Source: Octopus sinensis
Taxonomy: Eukaryota
Assembly: GCF_006345805.1 (NCBI RefSeq)
Contig: NC_042998.1
Coordinates: 121,396,001 to 121,460,000, forward strand
Length of the DNA: 64,000 nt
Direction: 5' to 3'
Part shown: in pieces, positions 1-10,009 of the stretch
Numbering within the stretch: position 1 is the stretch's first letter
How the letters are laid out: each line of letters starts with the position of its first letter
Position numbers and translations under genes: made by a program
The notes under the pieces: model-generated
What the model was told of the DNA's origin: nothing
Databases searched by the model: none
What the model saw: the letters and a program-made list of their open reading frames with translations, nothing else

Positions 1-185
1 CTGGTCCATGATGTTGGTCTTCTTAAGGCTGATAGCTAAGCCAAAGTCGTTACATGCTTGCTCAAAACAGTTAATGAGCCTTTGGAGGGCTTCTTCTGTG
101 TGTGTTACCAGAGCGGCATCATCAGCAAATAACATCTCCTTGATCAGGACGTTTCTGATTTTGGTCTTGGCACGCAGGCGCAAGA
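1..185 (-). mobile_element. RTE-clade (BovB-like) LINE reverse transcriptase fragment
   Basis: Minus-strand translation reads RLRAKTKIRNVLIKEMLFADDAALVTHTEEALQRLINCFEQACNDFGLAISLKKT, containing the RTE-type RT motif LFADDAAL. Truncated by the window edge. Confidence 0.9.
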
Positions 186-348
186 GTAATTAGTATATAT
201 AAAACAGAATACAGCAGTAAGTGTAACACAGAACGAACACATCTGACTTAGTTTAATGCTCTCGATAAAGACATTAATGTCAGAATACTCTCTCCTCTCT
301 TTATGTTAGCACAGACTGGGAGGTTCCAAATAGGAGAAAAAAAAAGTT

Positions 349-705
349 ATTCTTTTACTTGTTTCAGTCATCAGACTGCAGCTTTGCTGGGGCACTGCCT
401 TGAAGAATTTTAGTAGAATGAATCGATACCCAAGTACTATTTTTATTTCAAGTCTGGTACTTATTTTATTGGTCACTTTTTTGTTAAACCATTAAGTTAT
501 GAGGGATTTAAATACAGGCTCTAAGACGTACGTACACACACATGTCAGGCTTCTTTCAATTTCTGTCTACCAAATCCACCCACAAGGCTTTGGTTGGCCC
601 GAGGCTATAGTAGAAGACACCTGCCAAGGTGCCGTACAGTGGCACTGAACCCAGAACCATCTGGTTGGGAAGCAAGCTTCTCACCACACAGCCTCACCTG
701 TGCCT
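349..705 (-). mobile_element. tRNA-derived SINE, family A (degenerate)
   Basis: Reverse complement of the SINE at 3690-4066: tail TTCTTTTACTTGTTTCAGTCAT at the left, head ACTGAACCC...ACCACACAGCC at the right. Confidence 0.85.
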
Positions 706-782
706 GTTGAATATTACACTATTTTTTCTTTTTCAAAGTTAGTCAAATTTGAATGGAGAATGTTATTCTAATTAGGTTCATT

Positions 783-1290
783 GCAGATATAGCTGTGTGA
801 TTAAGAAGTTCATTTCCCAACCACATGGTTTCAGGTTCAGTCCCACTATGTGGCACTTAAGACAAGTGTCTTCTACTATAACCCTGAGCTAACCAGAGCC
901 CTATAAATAGATCTGGTAAGCAGAAACTAAAAGAAGCCTGTTGTGTGCATATGCATGTGTAAGTTCATAGTTCCCTTCATCTTCCTATATGTTCACTGAT
1001 TGTAAACAATGGCTCATTGTCCATGTGGCTGGTGTCATTTGCTTGCGATCCACTGCAAGCTAATGTTGTGTGACCTTTATAAACAAAAGATTTATTCAAA
1101 CTGTAGTATTGGTTTCCAGTTCTTTGCATAGCTATGTCTGGACTATGTCTTGTTTGCTGAACTAGAAGATTATTATCTACCTTGGAAACAGGTAGGGATA
1201 GATTTATAGGAAGAGATTGATTTTAGGAAGGGTGTCTGGCAATAGAAAACTCAGCCCCATACAAGTATAGAACAATGATGATGATGAGTA
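783..1290 (+). mobile_element. SINE with family-A head but different body and (GAT)n tail
   Basis: Head GCTGTGTGATTAAGAAG...GGTTCAGTCCCACT matches family A. The 3' part AGGAAGGGTGTCTGGCAATAGAAAAC...ATGATGATGATG resembles the RTE tail. Confidence 0.6.
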
Positions 1291-1539
1291 TGTATTCATC
1301 ATCATCATTGATGAATATATATAATGCACACCTCTAATTTTGGGCTATGAAATCCCAGAAAATCTCTATATATTTACTGACATTTTTTTAGTGTTAAGAT
1401 GTATAGAAAAGAAGTGCTTAACCAGATTTGTTATAACTGCTGTCTAAAATCCATTGTAAAAGTTCATACATCCTAAATGAAGCAAAAATCAATTTGAAAG
1501 TGACTTTTGGACTTTTGTAATGGAGGCTTAATCCTTTTA

Positions 1540-1735
1540 TGTTTAATCTGGCCATATACAGCCCAAATATTCTACATGTTTTATGTTAAAACTGACCAAA
1601 TCCCATCTCTCATATCTACTCTACAATATACAAATGCACCATTGAAATCTCAAAGCTACAAAATAATGTGTGATTCATTCAAAACAATACATATAAAAAC
1701 AATACACATGACAAGCAATCTGAATGCTAAAATGT
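1540..1735. mobile_element. Degenerate copy of TTAA (piggyBac-type) MITE
   Basis: CTGGCCATATACAGCCC...TTCAAAACAAT...AATCTGAATGCTAAA aligns by eye with the MITE at 63019-63207. Termini eroded. Confidence 0.55.
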
Positions 1736-2349
1736 AAAAAGTGTACCAGCTGTAAAATCATCAACATTAAGTAAAACTTTATAATTTTTCAAGTGCTTTT
1801 TGCATCAGAATCTTAAAAAACAAACAAAAAAAAGACTACCTATTATTTAACTTCAGTGGACATAAATTATGTTGGCATTATAAGTATCTTTCCCTTGGAC
1901 TAATGTATCCAAGGTTCTAGTGTCACACAAAGTTCCACAATTTCATGTTGATAATCTCTTCTCCTTTCTATAGTTAATTTACTCTTATAAAAGACTGCTG
2001 TCAAATGGTATTAAAGACCTTATATCTCAAAAGAGAAAAGTTGTTTTTATTGTGACCATTGTTCAGTTACCATATCATTCTTCATGTGGATAGGTTATGA
2101 AGACTTGCTGCTTTGATGGGATGTCAAATCCATGCACTGTATCCTATATAGCCTATTCCACAGATCAGATGTATGGTATAAAAAAAGGATAATAGTTTGA
2201 AACCAGAAGTGGCAAACTTTGTAGTGCAACCTGGAAACAACAATGTTATCATTAGAAGGAACAGATTTAAAACTTTTGGATCTTGTTAGACCAAAGCAGA
2301 CCTAAATTTGAGCCAAATGAAACAAGTAGAGTTGGAGCAAGAGAAGGAC

Positions 2350-3015
2350 AATAAATCATCACTAGTCATTGCCTCTGAGGCCCAATGTTCAAAGATCATG
2401 TTTCACCACCTTGTCCCATGTCTTCCTGGGTCTCCCCCTTTCACAGCTTCCTTCCACTGGTAGAGATTAGCACTTCTTCAAACAACTGTTCACATTCATC
2501 CAAGTCATGACCATACCAATGCAGCTGTTTCTCTTGCAAACCACATCGACATTGCACATCCAGCAAAGTGTACTAGTTTCATTTCTTTCAAGCTTACGCA
2601 TGTCCTTGGTAGTCATACCTGTGTAGCTTGGCTGTTCACACACAGACATCATACAGTCTGCCTTTCACTCTGAGGGAGAAGCTCTTTGTTATCAACAGAG
2701 GTAGTAACTCTCTGAACTTTGCCCAGCCTATTCTTATTCTGGCACCATCTTGGAGTATCCACCTCCATTACTGATTTGGTCACATAGATTACTGAAGCTA
2801 ATCTATCTTTCCCCTGCTGGCATTTGATGGAGTCTATTTTCTGTACATTTGCAGTGTTTATTGTACCCGTGCACCTTCCACACACAAACACTATTTTCCC
2901 CGTTAACCTTCCTCTGATACTGCTGCACCTCTTACATGTCCAGAGCTTACACCGAGTACATCTTATGGAGTTTCTATCTCCACCTTTTCTACAGACTGAG
3001 CAGGGTCATCTACCT
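2350..3015 (-). mobile_element. RTE LINE ORF C-terminal fragment
   Basis: Minus ORFs 2467-2652 and 2649-2891 (FVCGRCTGTINT, KLERNETSTLCWMCNV) are homologous to the RTE copy at 6100-6900. Frameshifted. Confidence 0.9.
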
Positions 3016-3021
3016 GAAGGT

Positions 3022-3052
<31 letters not shown>

Positions 3053-3689
3053 GTATTTGGTTTGCAAGATTCTGGGAACCTTGGAAGGAACATCATGCTG
3101 GTAATAATAAACAGTAGTTTGATTAGTGTTCTCCTTTTACAAATTTTTTCATGATTTTATAAGTTTTTTCTTCTCTCTCTCTCTCTCACACATCACACAT
3201 ATTTGGTTTTGGGGGAAACATGGAATTAGCCAGACTTCCTCAATATAATGCTTTATTTTGTCCCATGCAATCCTATGAGACACGAGGTTGTTGATAATTT
3301 ATATAGTGTATATATGAAGCTATCACATTGATTGTTGTATATATTGCAGAACACTGATGAGGCGAAGTTCATAGTTGCATCAAGCTCCTACTACTGTTAT
3401 GTAGTCATTTCACCATCTTGATGAAATGTATGTCCTATAAGGCTTTGGATACTACACCTGCTTTCTGCCTGTTATTATTATTTACACACACACAAATAAT
3501 ACACAATGTTATTTACTATTCTGAAGTCTCTTGTAAACTGTAGAGACTACACTCATATAAAGAATGATAAACATTGTCGAACATTTTTATTTAAATGCCA
3601 AAAACTGAAGAATACACAATAACTAAGAGGTGTGATTCATTTCCCCTGAACAGATAACTCTTTATAAATCACATATACACTTTAGATTA

Positions 3690-4066
3690 TGTAGGAGTGG
3701 TTGTGTGGTAAGCAGCTTGCTTACAAACCACCTGGTTCCAGGTTCAGTCCCCACTGCATGGTACCTTGGGCAAGTGTCTTCCACTATAGCCCCGGGCTAA
3801 CCAAAGCCTTGTGAGAGAATTTGGTAAACGGAAACTGAAAGAAGCCCGTCATTATATGTGTGTGTGTGTCTGTGTTTGTCCCCCCAGCATTGCTTGACAA
3901 CCGATTGCTGGTGTGTTTACGTCCCTGTAACTTAGCGGTTCGGCAAAAGAGACCGATAGAATAAGTACTAGGCTTACAAAGAATAAGTCCTGGGGTCAAT
4001 TTGCTCGACTACAGGTGGTGCTCCAGCATGGCCACAGTCAAATGACTGAAACAAGTAAAAAAGTAA
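3690..4066 (+). mobile_element. tRNA-derived SINE, family A (near full length)
   Basis: Pol III A-box-like TGGTTGTGTGG and B-box GGTTCAGTCCC, internal (TG)n, tail GGTGCTCCAGCATGGCCACAGTCAAATGACTGAAACAAGTAAAA. Several other copies in the window. Confidence 0.92.
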
Positions 4067-4231
4067 CTCTGAAAACCACCTTTTTCTGCAGATTTCCCTC
4101 TAACAACTAACCTAGTTAATCTAAGAGAACCCAAAATGTTTATGGACATTGTACTGCAATCTCTGTTTAACTAACACAAAGTTTCAATTTATTTGAAAAA
4201 CACCTTTCAGAAAGAAGTGAAGAACACTTAC

Positions 4232-4378
4232 CATGGGTTGTGATTGTGATTTTGTGCCAGTTCCGCCAGTGGCTGAAGTTGGTGGAGGTGCTGTTGATGA
4301 CAGACTAGAATTATTCTGAGACACAGGCTTCTGGTCTCCACCATCACCATGTTTGCCTTCTTCACTTGGCATTCTCAC
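4232..4378 (-). CDS. Coding exon of an unidentified minus-strand gene (VRMPSEEGKHGDGGDQKPVSQNNSSLSSTAPPPTSATGGTGTKSQSQPM); may contain the start ATG at 4372
   Basis: Acceptor TTTTTTTTATACCTGATTTATCTGCAG|G, donor CCCATG|GTAAGT, 147 bp, open phase 0-0, GC content above the flanks, not repeat-like. Protein not recognised. Confidence 0.8.
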
Positions 4379-4641
4379 CTGCAGATAAATCAGGTATAAA
4401 AAAAAATGAAATTATACAAATAACAAGGGTAATCATAATTTTTCAGACTATTTCACTTTATGTTTAGAGATGTAAAGTTTAAGAAATACACTATGTTTTA
4501 ACCAGTTTTGATCTCTAATTTTCCTCAGGCATCTATTTTCTGAATATCTACATACTATCAGACTGGATTCAAGCTAAATCTTTTTATTTCTAAATTAAGG
4601 ATTACTTCAGATGTATGTGCTTTTGAAATCTAAACATTTAA

Positions 4642-4824
4642 CCCTTTTGTTACCATATTTCTTTTGGAATACACTATAAATAAAATCACTGTCCTTTTTA
4701 AACTGGTGTCTGAAATATAAATTAACATAAAACTTTGGAGTGAAGTTTTCATTTAGATCCATTTAAAATAAGAAGCTTATTTCATAGAACCAGGGCAGTT
4801 TCAGGCAAGTTGGTATCAACAGGG
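4642..4824. mobile_element. piggyBac-type MITE
   Basis: TTAA on both sides (4638-4641 and 4825-4828). Imperfect TIRs CCCTTTTGTTACC and GGTATCAACAGGG. Confidence 0.75.
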
Positions 4825-5340
4825 TTAACAAAAAAAATTTTAGTTGAATGTTTCATTGGGAAGAATATGTGATAAATACACAAGTTTCCATCAGCTATTG
4901 AGTATAAGATGAAATACTAAATTGATAATAAAACCAACTTTAAAAATCACTTTATAAAAATATTATTAAACCTTAGAATATTGTTTCTTCTTCAAAATTT
5001 CTTTTTCAAAATTATTTGGGGAAAACAAAAAGATTTTAGTCAAGAGAGCTGGATTGTGCTCAAATACATGGAGCATTAGAATAATCTCAGTCGAAATAAA
5101 TACGCAGTGACAAAAATAGTTAATGTCTAATATTATTTCCATTTTTCTAGCATGTACAGGAGACAAGTAAAGCTGTCATTCTCAACACCCTCTCATATCT
5201 GCTATTGATGCCTCCACTTGTTGCCCCACACACTATAGACACCTGTGCGTACCTCCATTTCTGCAACATCACTCTCTTCCTCCCCTCAAGTCTCACACCT
5301 GCATATCATTTTCCTACTTTCTGATCAATCTACATATATA

Positions 5341-7483
5341 CTGCAGAGATGCTCAAAATATCTGGCAGTGCCGGCTATAGCCTAGTCACCCATATAGTTA
5401 ACCAGGTGATACACAAAGGAGTCATACCAAATGACTGATGTAGCAGCATAATAGTCAACTGCTACAAAGGTAAAGGTGAAGCTTTACATAATTAAAGAGG
5501 TATCAAGTTTTTGGACCAGGTAATGAAGGTCACGGAGAGGGTCATAGCCCAACTAATTAGAGATGAGTCAGTTTGGGTTCGTGCCAGGGAAAAGCACCAC
5601 CGATGCTATATTTCTGGTAAGACAGTTGCATGAGAAATATCTAGCAAAAGATAAATCCATGTACCTGGCTTTCGTTAACATGGAGAAGGCTTTTGACAGG
5701 GTCCCCTGATCCCTTATCTGGTGGTCAATGAGGAAACTAGGGATAGATGAATGATTAGTGAGAGCTGTGCAAGCAATGTACAGGGATGCTGTCAGTAAGG
5801 TGAGGGTTGGCAACGAGTACAGTGAAGAATTCAGGGTAGAGGTAGGGGTCCACTAATGTTCAGTCCTCAGCCCTCCCCCCTTATCATAGTTCTCCAGGCA
5901 ATAATGGAGGAATTCAAGACAGGATGCCCCTGGGAACTCCTCTATGCTGACGACCTTGCTCTAATAGCTGAGTCACTATCAGAACTAGAGGAGAAGTTTC
6001 AAGTGAGGAAACAAGGATTAGAATCGAAAGGCCTTAGAGTCAATCTAGCTAAAACCAAAGTCCTAATAAGTAGGAAGGCAGGCAAACCACAAATCCCTTC
6101 AGGTTGATGGCACTGCTTGATCTGCAGAAAAGGCATAGGTAGAAACTCTATAAGATGTACCCAGTGTAAGCTATGGATACATAAGAGATGCAGCAATATC
6201 AAAAGAAGGCTAACTAGGAAGATAGTTTTTGTATGTGGCAGATGCTCAGGAGCAATAAATAACACTGAAAATGTGCAGAGAACAACTTCTGCCACATTCC
6301 AGGGAGAAAAACTATAAGTAGTTCATAGCTTCCGTTATCTAGGTGACCAAGTCAGTAGCTGGGGAGGGTGTACTGAAAGTGTAGCTGCTAGAATAAGAAT
6401 AGCCTGGGCAAAGTTCAGAGAGCTCTTACCTCTGCTGGTGACAAAGAGCCTCTCGCTCAGAGTAAAAGGTAGACTGTATGACGCATGTGTACGAACAGCC
6501 ATGCTACATGGCAGTGAAACATGGGCCGTGACTGCTGAGGACATGTGTAAGCTTGCAAGGAATGAAGCCAGTATGCTCCAATGGAGCATGTATGTAATGT
6601 CAGTGTGCATACTCGACAGATTGATAGTGTCAAGAGAGAAAAGTTGGACCTAAGAAGCATCAGTTGTGGTGTGCAAGAGAGACGTCTATGCTGGTATGGT
6701 CATGTGGCGAGAATGGATGTGGATAGCTGTGTGAAAAAATACCACACCCTAGCAGTTGAGGGAACCTGTGGAAGAGGTAGACCCAGGTGGTGAAGCATGA
6801 CCTTCGAACACTGGGCCTCACCAAGGCAATGACTGGTGACCAGGACCATTGGAAATATGCTGTGCTTAAGAAGACTCGGCCACCTAAAGTGAGACCATAA
6901 CCTCATGGCCTATGCCAGGGGTGTAACCATTCCACTTATGCGTACCTTTCCTTCATTGGACACTAAACTCTGCTTGCGAAGACCTGTTGAGGCAAGTGAA
7001 ATCGAAATCAAATTTGATGACTGGCATCTGTGCTAGTGGAGCACTAAGAGTACCATATGAGTGAGATTGTTGCCAGAGCAACAAGCTGGCCTCTGTGATG
7101 ATGGCACGTAAAAAAACACCATTCGAGCGAGATCGTTACCTGCGTTGCCTTACTGGCACTTGTGCTGGTGGCACGTGAAAAAACATTCAAGCGAGGTCGT
7201 TGTCAGTGCCGCTGGACTGGCTCCTGTGCAGGCGGCACATAAAAAGCACCATTTGAGCATGGCCGTTGCCAGTACCGCCTGACTGGCTCTTGTGCCAGTG
7301 ACACGTAAAAGCACCTACTACACTCTCGGAGTGGTTGGTGTTAGGAAGGGCATCCATCTGTAGAAACTCTGCCAGATCAGATTGGAGTCTGGTGCAGCCA
7401 TCTGGTTCGCCAGACCTCAGTCAAATTGTCCAACCCATGTTAGCATGGAAAGCGGACATTAAATGATGATGATGATGATGATG
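5341..7483 (+). mobile_element. 5'-truncated RTE LINE (RT, Cys-rich insert, 3' UTR with tandem subrepeats, (GAT)n tail)
   Basis: Translates to FGFVPGKSTTDAIFLVRQLHEKY...AFVNMEKAFDRVP, ELLYADDLAL and MLHGSETWAVT, with stops and frameshifts. The 3' UTR ends ATTAAATGATGATGATG. Confidence 0.95.
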
Positions 7484-8159
7484 TGATATTGCTGCTCTCC
7501 ACACCTCCTTTGTTGCTGCTTGTCACCCCCTCTTTCCTGAGCCATTTATATCTCTCTACATACTGACAGTTACCATCCATCACAGCCATGCCTTTTTAAT
7601 CACTCACTACATCCACCACTAATTTAATCTCTAATCATCAGTCACTCTCCTCTCACACTTTTATGAAATTACCATCTCTTTCCAACTGATCCAATGTCTA
7701 GCAACATCTTTTACCTTAAGGGTACATTCTGGCACCCTGTCACCACCATCTTTATCTCCCTTCCAGTTACTCTTATCCATCCTTGCAGAATGTGGGGTAG
7801 CCATGTAACTCCTCAACAGCAACACACCTATGTCTGTCCTTGTACCACTTAGCCCTCAACAACTGGCATAAAATCACCTCCCCCTACTTAGTCCGAGAAG
7901 TTTTTTCCTTTGTCTTGCAAGTTATTTCGTAACCTCAAAAATACCAGTATTACAGGAAAAAAAAAAAAGTGGTTGGTATTAGCCAGCAAAGCCATGCCAA
8001 AGCCGACATTTGGGCCTGATGAAACTCAGATCAATGAACACTGTCAAATTGTTCAACTCATGCCACCATGAAAAACATTAAATGATGATAATGATGCATC
8101 ATATCTATTCTTAATTTCTGGAGCAGGTGGACATTTATATATGTAACAACTTATATTTT

Positions 8160-8230
8160 ATATATATATATATATAAAGTCTAATTCTTCAATTACATGT
8201 AACACGGGCAATGCCGGGTATCTCTGATAG
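8160..8230 (+). mobile_element. Minimal Helitron remnant (3' terminal ~55 bp)
   Basis: AAGTCTAATTCTTCAATTACATGTAACACGGGCAATGCCGGGTATCTCTGATAG|T is the 3' end of the neighbouring Helitron in the opposite orientation, with CTAG mutated to ATAG. Confidence 0.7.
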
Positions 8231-8254
8231 TGTATATATACATACACAGACACA

Positions 8255-9180
8255 CTAGCAGAGATACCCGACAGTGCCCTTATTACATGCAATTGAAGAA
8301 TTAGACTTTTCTGTAATGAACTGGAATACCTGTGATTCGAATTTCATCAAAATTGCAAATGAGGGTCATTTCCCTCTTTACACACCCTAAAAAACTTCTA
8401 ATCATGACACATGTATCCCATACTACCGATTTTTATATGCAGATTCCAAAATTCCAATTTTATAGAACCTGTTAAAGGGATTTTGCTCCTGAAAAATGGA
8501 AGGTCATGGAGCTCTAAAATGTGGGAGTTAAAGCCCCCGATTGCAGGTGGGTGTCTTAATGTCAACCAGAGAAGTTGAATTGTTGAGAATCTTTTTAACT
8601 TGGGTCTTACATCTATTGTTTGAATTTCTTTGAAATAGGAAATACATCTATGTTCACTGGGTTTGTAAAAAAGAGCAAAGCTACAGGAACCGAAAAGATG
8701 AATGATCACAATAAGCAGTCAGGTACCATACCCTAGTCGTTACCACTCCCAATGTAGGATTCCTCACCATACAGGTGATAGGCACAGCCATAAGATACAT
8801 CACGAATCTATAGCAATTGGAAGGGCATGACCCAACTGAAATAATCATTAAGTGGAAACTTTTAGAATACTTCTTGATGTGTGTCAATTACCCACGGTTG
8901 AAATTTCATCAACATCGAAAATTTATGAATTTTCATGGGGGTTCTGCCCCCCATTAAGCCATCTGAAATTCAAACCAAACATATTGCATTATACTCGCCC
9001 ATGCGCATTGAATCTAAGTTCCAAATATCATAAGGATCCATGAAATTGTATGAAACACACAGCATTACCCTTCTCCTTAGGCTTGGATTTTGGATTCCAA
9101 ATTTCACTAGGATCGGTGCAGCAGTTTTTGAATGTATAACAAATGAACACACATAAAGACATTGACTTTGATATAATAGA
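8255..9180 (-). mobile_element. Non-autonomous Helitron
   Basis: Minus strand starts A|TCTATTATATCAAAG...AACTGCTGCACCGATCCTAGTGAAATTTGG and ends GGGCACTGTCGGGTATCTCTGCTAG|T. TC/CTAG termini in an A|T target. Confidence 0.8.
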
Positions 9181-9329
9181 TCTGAATATGCACATATACA
9201 TACATGTATATATATATATGTGTGTGTGTGTGTATTATACACACACACACAAAGATAAATTGATAGATACAACTGAGTAGGCAAACAAAAATATGAGACA
9301 CTGCCTAGTGCTTTTTTTTATGTTGATAA

Positions 9330-9615
9330 GGCTGGTACTTATTCTATCAGTTTCTTCTTGTCAAACCAGTAAGTTATGGGAATGTAAATACACAAACAGC
9401 AGTGGTGAAGAGGGAGAAACACAGACAGACACACATACACTTACATATATATATATGATTGATTTCTTTCAGTTTCTGTCTACAAAATCCACTGACAAGG
9501 CTTTGGTTGGTCTGAGGCTATAGCAGAAGACACATGCCAAGTCACCAAACAGTGGGACTGAACCCAAGACTATGTGCTTTGAAACCAAGTTTGTTACCAC
9601 ACAGCCACACCTGCA
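9330..9615 (-). mobile_element. SINE family A fragment
   Basis: TTTCTTTCAGTTTCTGTCTACAAAATCCACT...GGGACTGAACCC...ACCACACAGCCAC is the reverse complement of the family-A head and core. Confidence 0.85.
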
Positions 9616-9751
9616 CCTATGTATATGTGTGTGTATGGGTGTATATATGTGTACATCTATATGTATATACATATGTACAGATGTATACACACACATATTT
9701 ATATATATATATGTATATATGTATGCATGCCTGTATATATGTGATATAATA

Positions 9752-10009
9752 GTTTCAGTATTAAAGTGAAAGTATCTGACATTACAATAGAGAGATGCTT
9801 TTGTTTTATTTTTAACACGTAATACTGAAATGGGGAAGATATGATATTGCTGCGGGCTCGCACTAGACCAGAACTTAAAAATTTTTTGGGCCTATGACAC
9901 TACATGGACCCTAAGTAAGGCATGTGTAAAATTTGAATGAAATTGGTAGTGTAGTTCTCAAGTTTCAGGGATTCACATAGACACAGATTCTCATCTTTAT
10001 ATATATAGA
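9752..10009 (-). mobile_element. Helitron 5' fragment (second family)
   Basis: Minus A|TCTATATATATAAAGATGAGAAT...CTTGAGAACTACAC...CCAATTTCATTCAAATTTTACACATG is colinear with the start of the element at 40868. Confidence 0.8.

Noticed and set aside
3354-3375. Isolated CTGATGA hammerhead-core starts (also near 28321 and 63653)
   Set aside because: None has a stem II followed by GAAA in proper register with stems I and III.
3690-3770. tRNA-like sequences with A and B boxes (also 13464 and 47423)
   Set aside because: They are SINE heads continuing into SINE core and tail, and no complete cloverleaf is evident.
7020-7330. Regularly spaced GGCACGTAAAAAGCACC repeats resembling a CRISPR array
   Set aside because: The spacers are homologous to one another, the array is the 3' UTR of an RTE LINE, the context is eukaryotic, and there are no cas genes.
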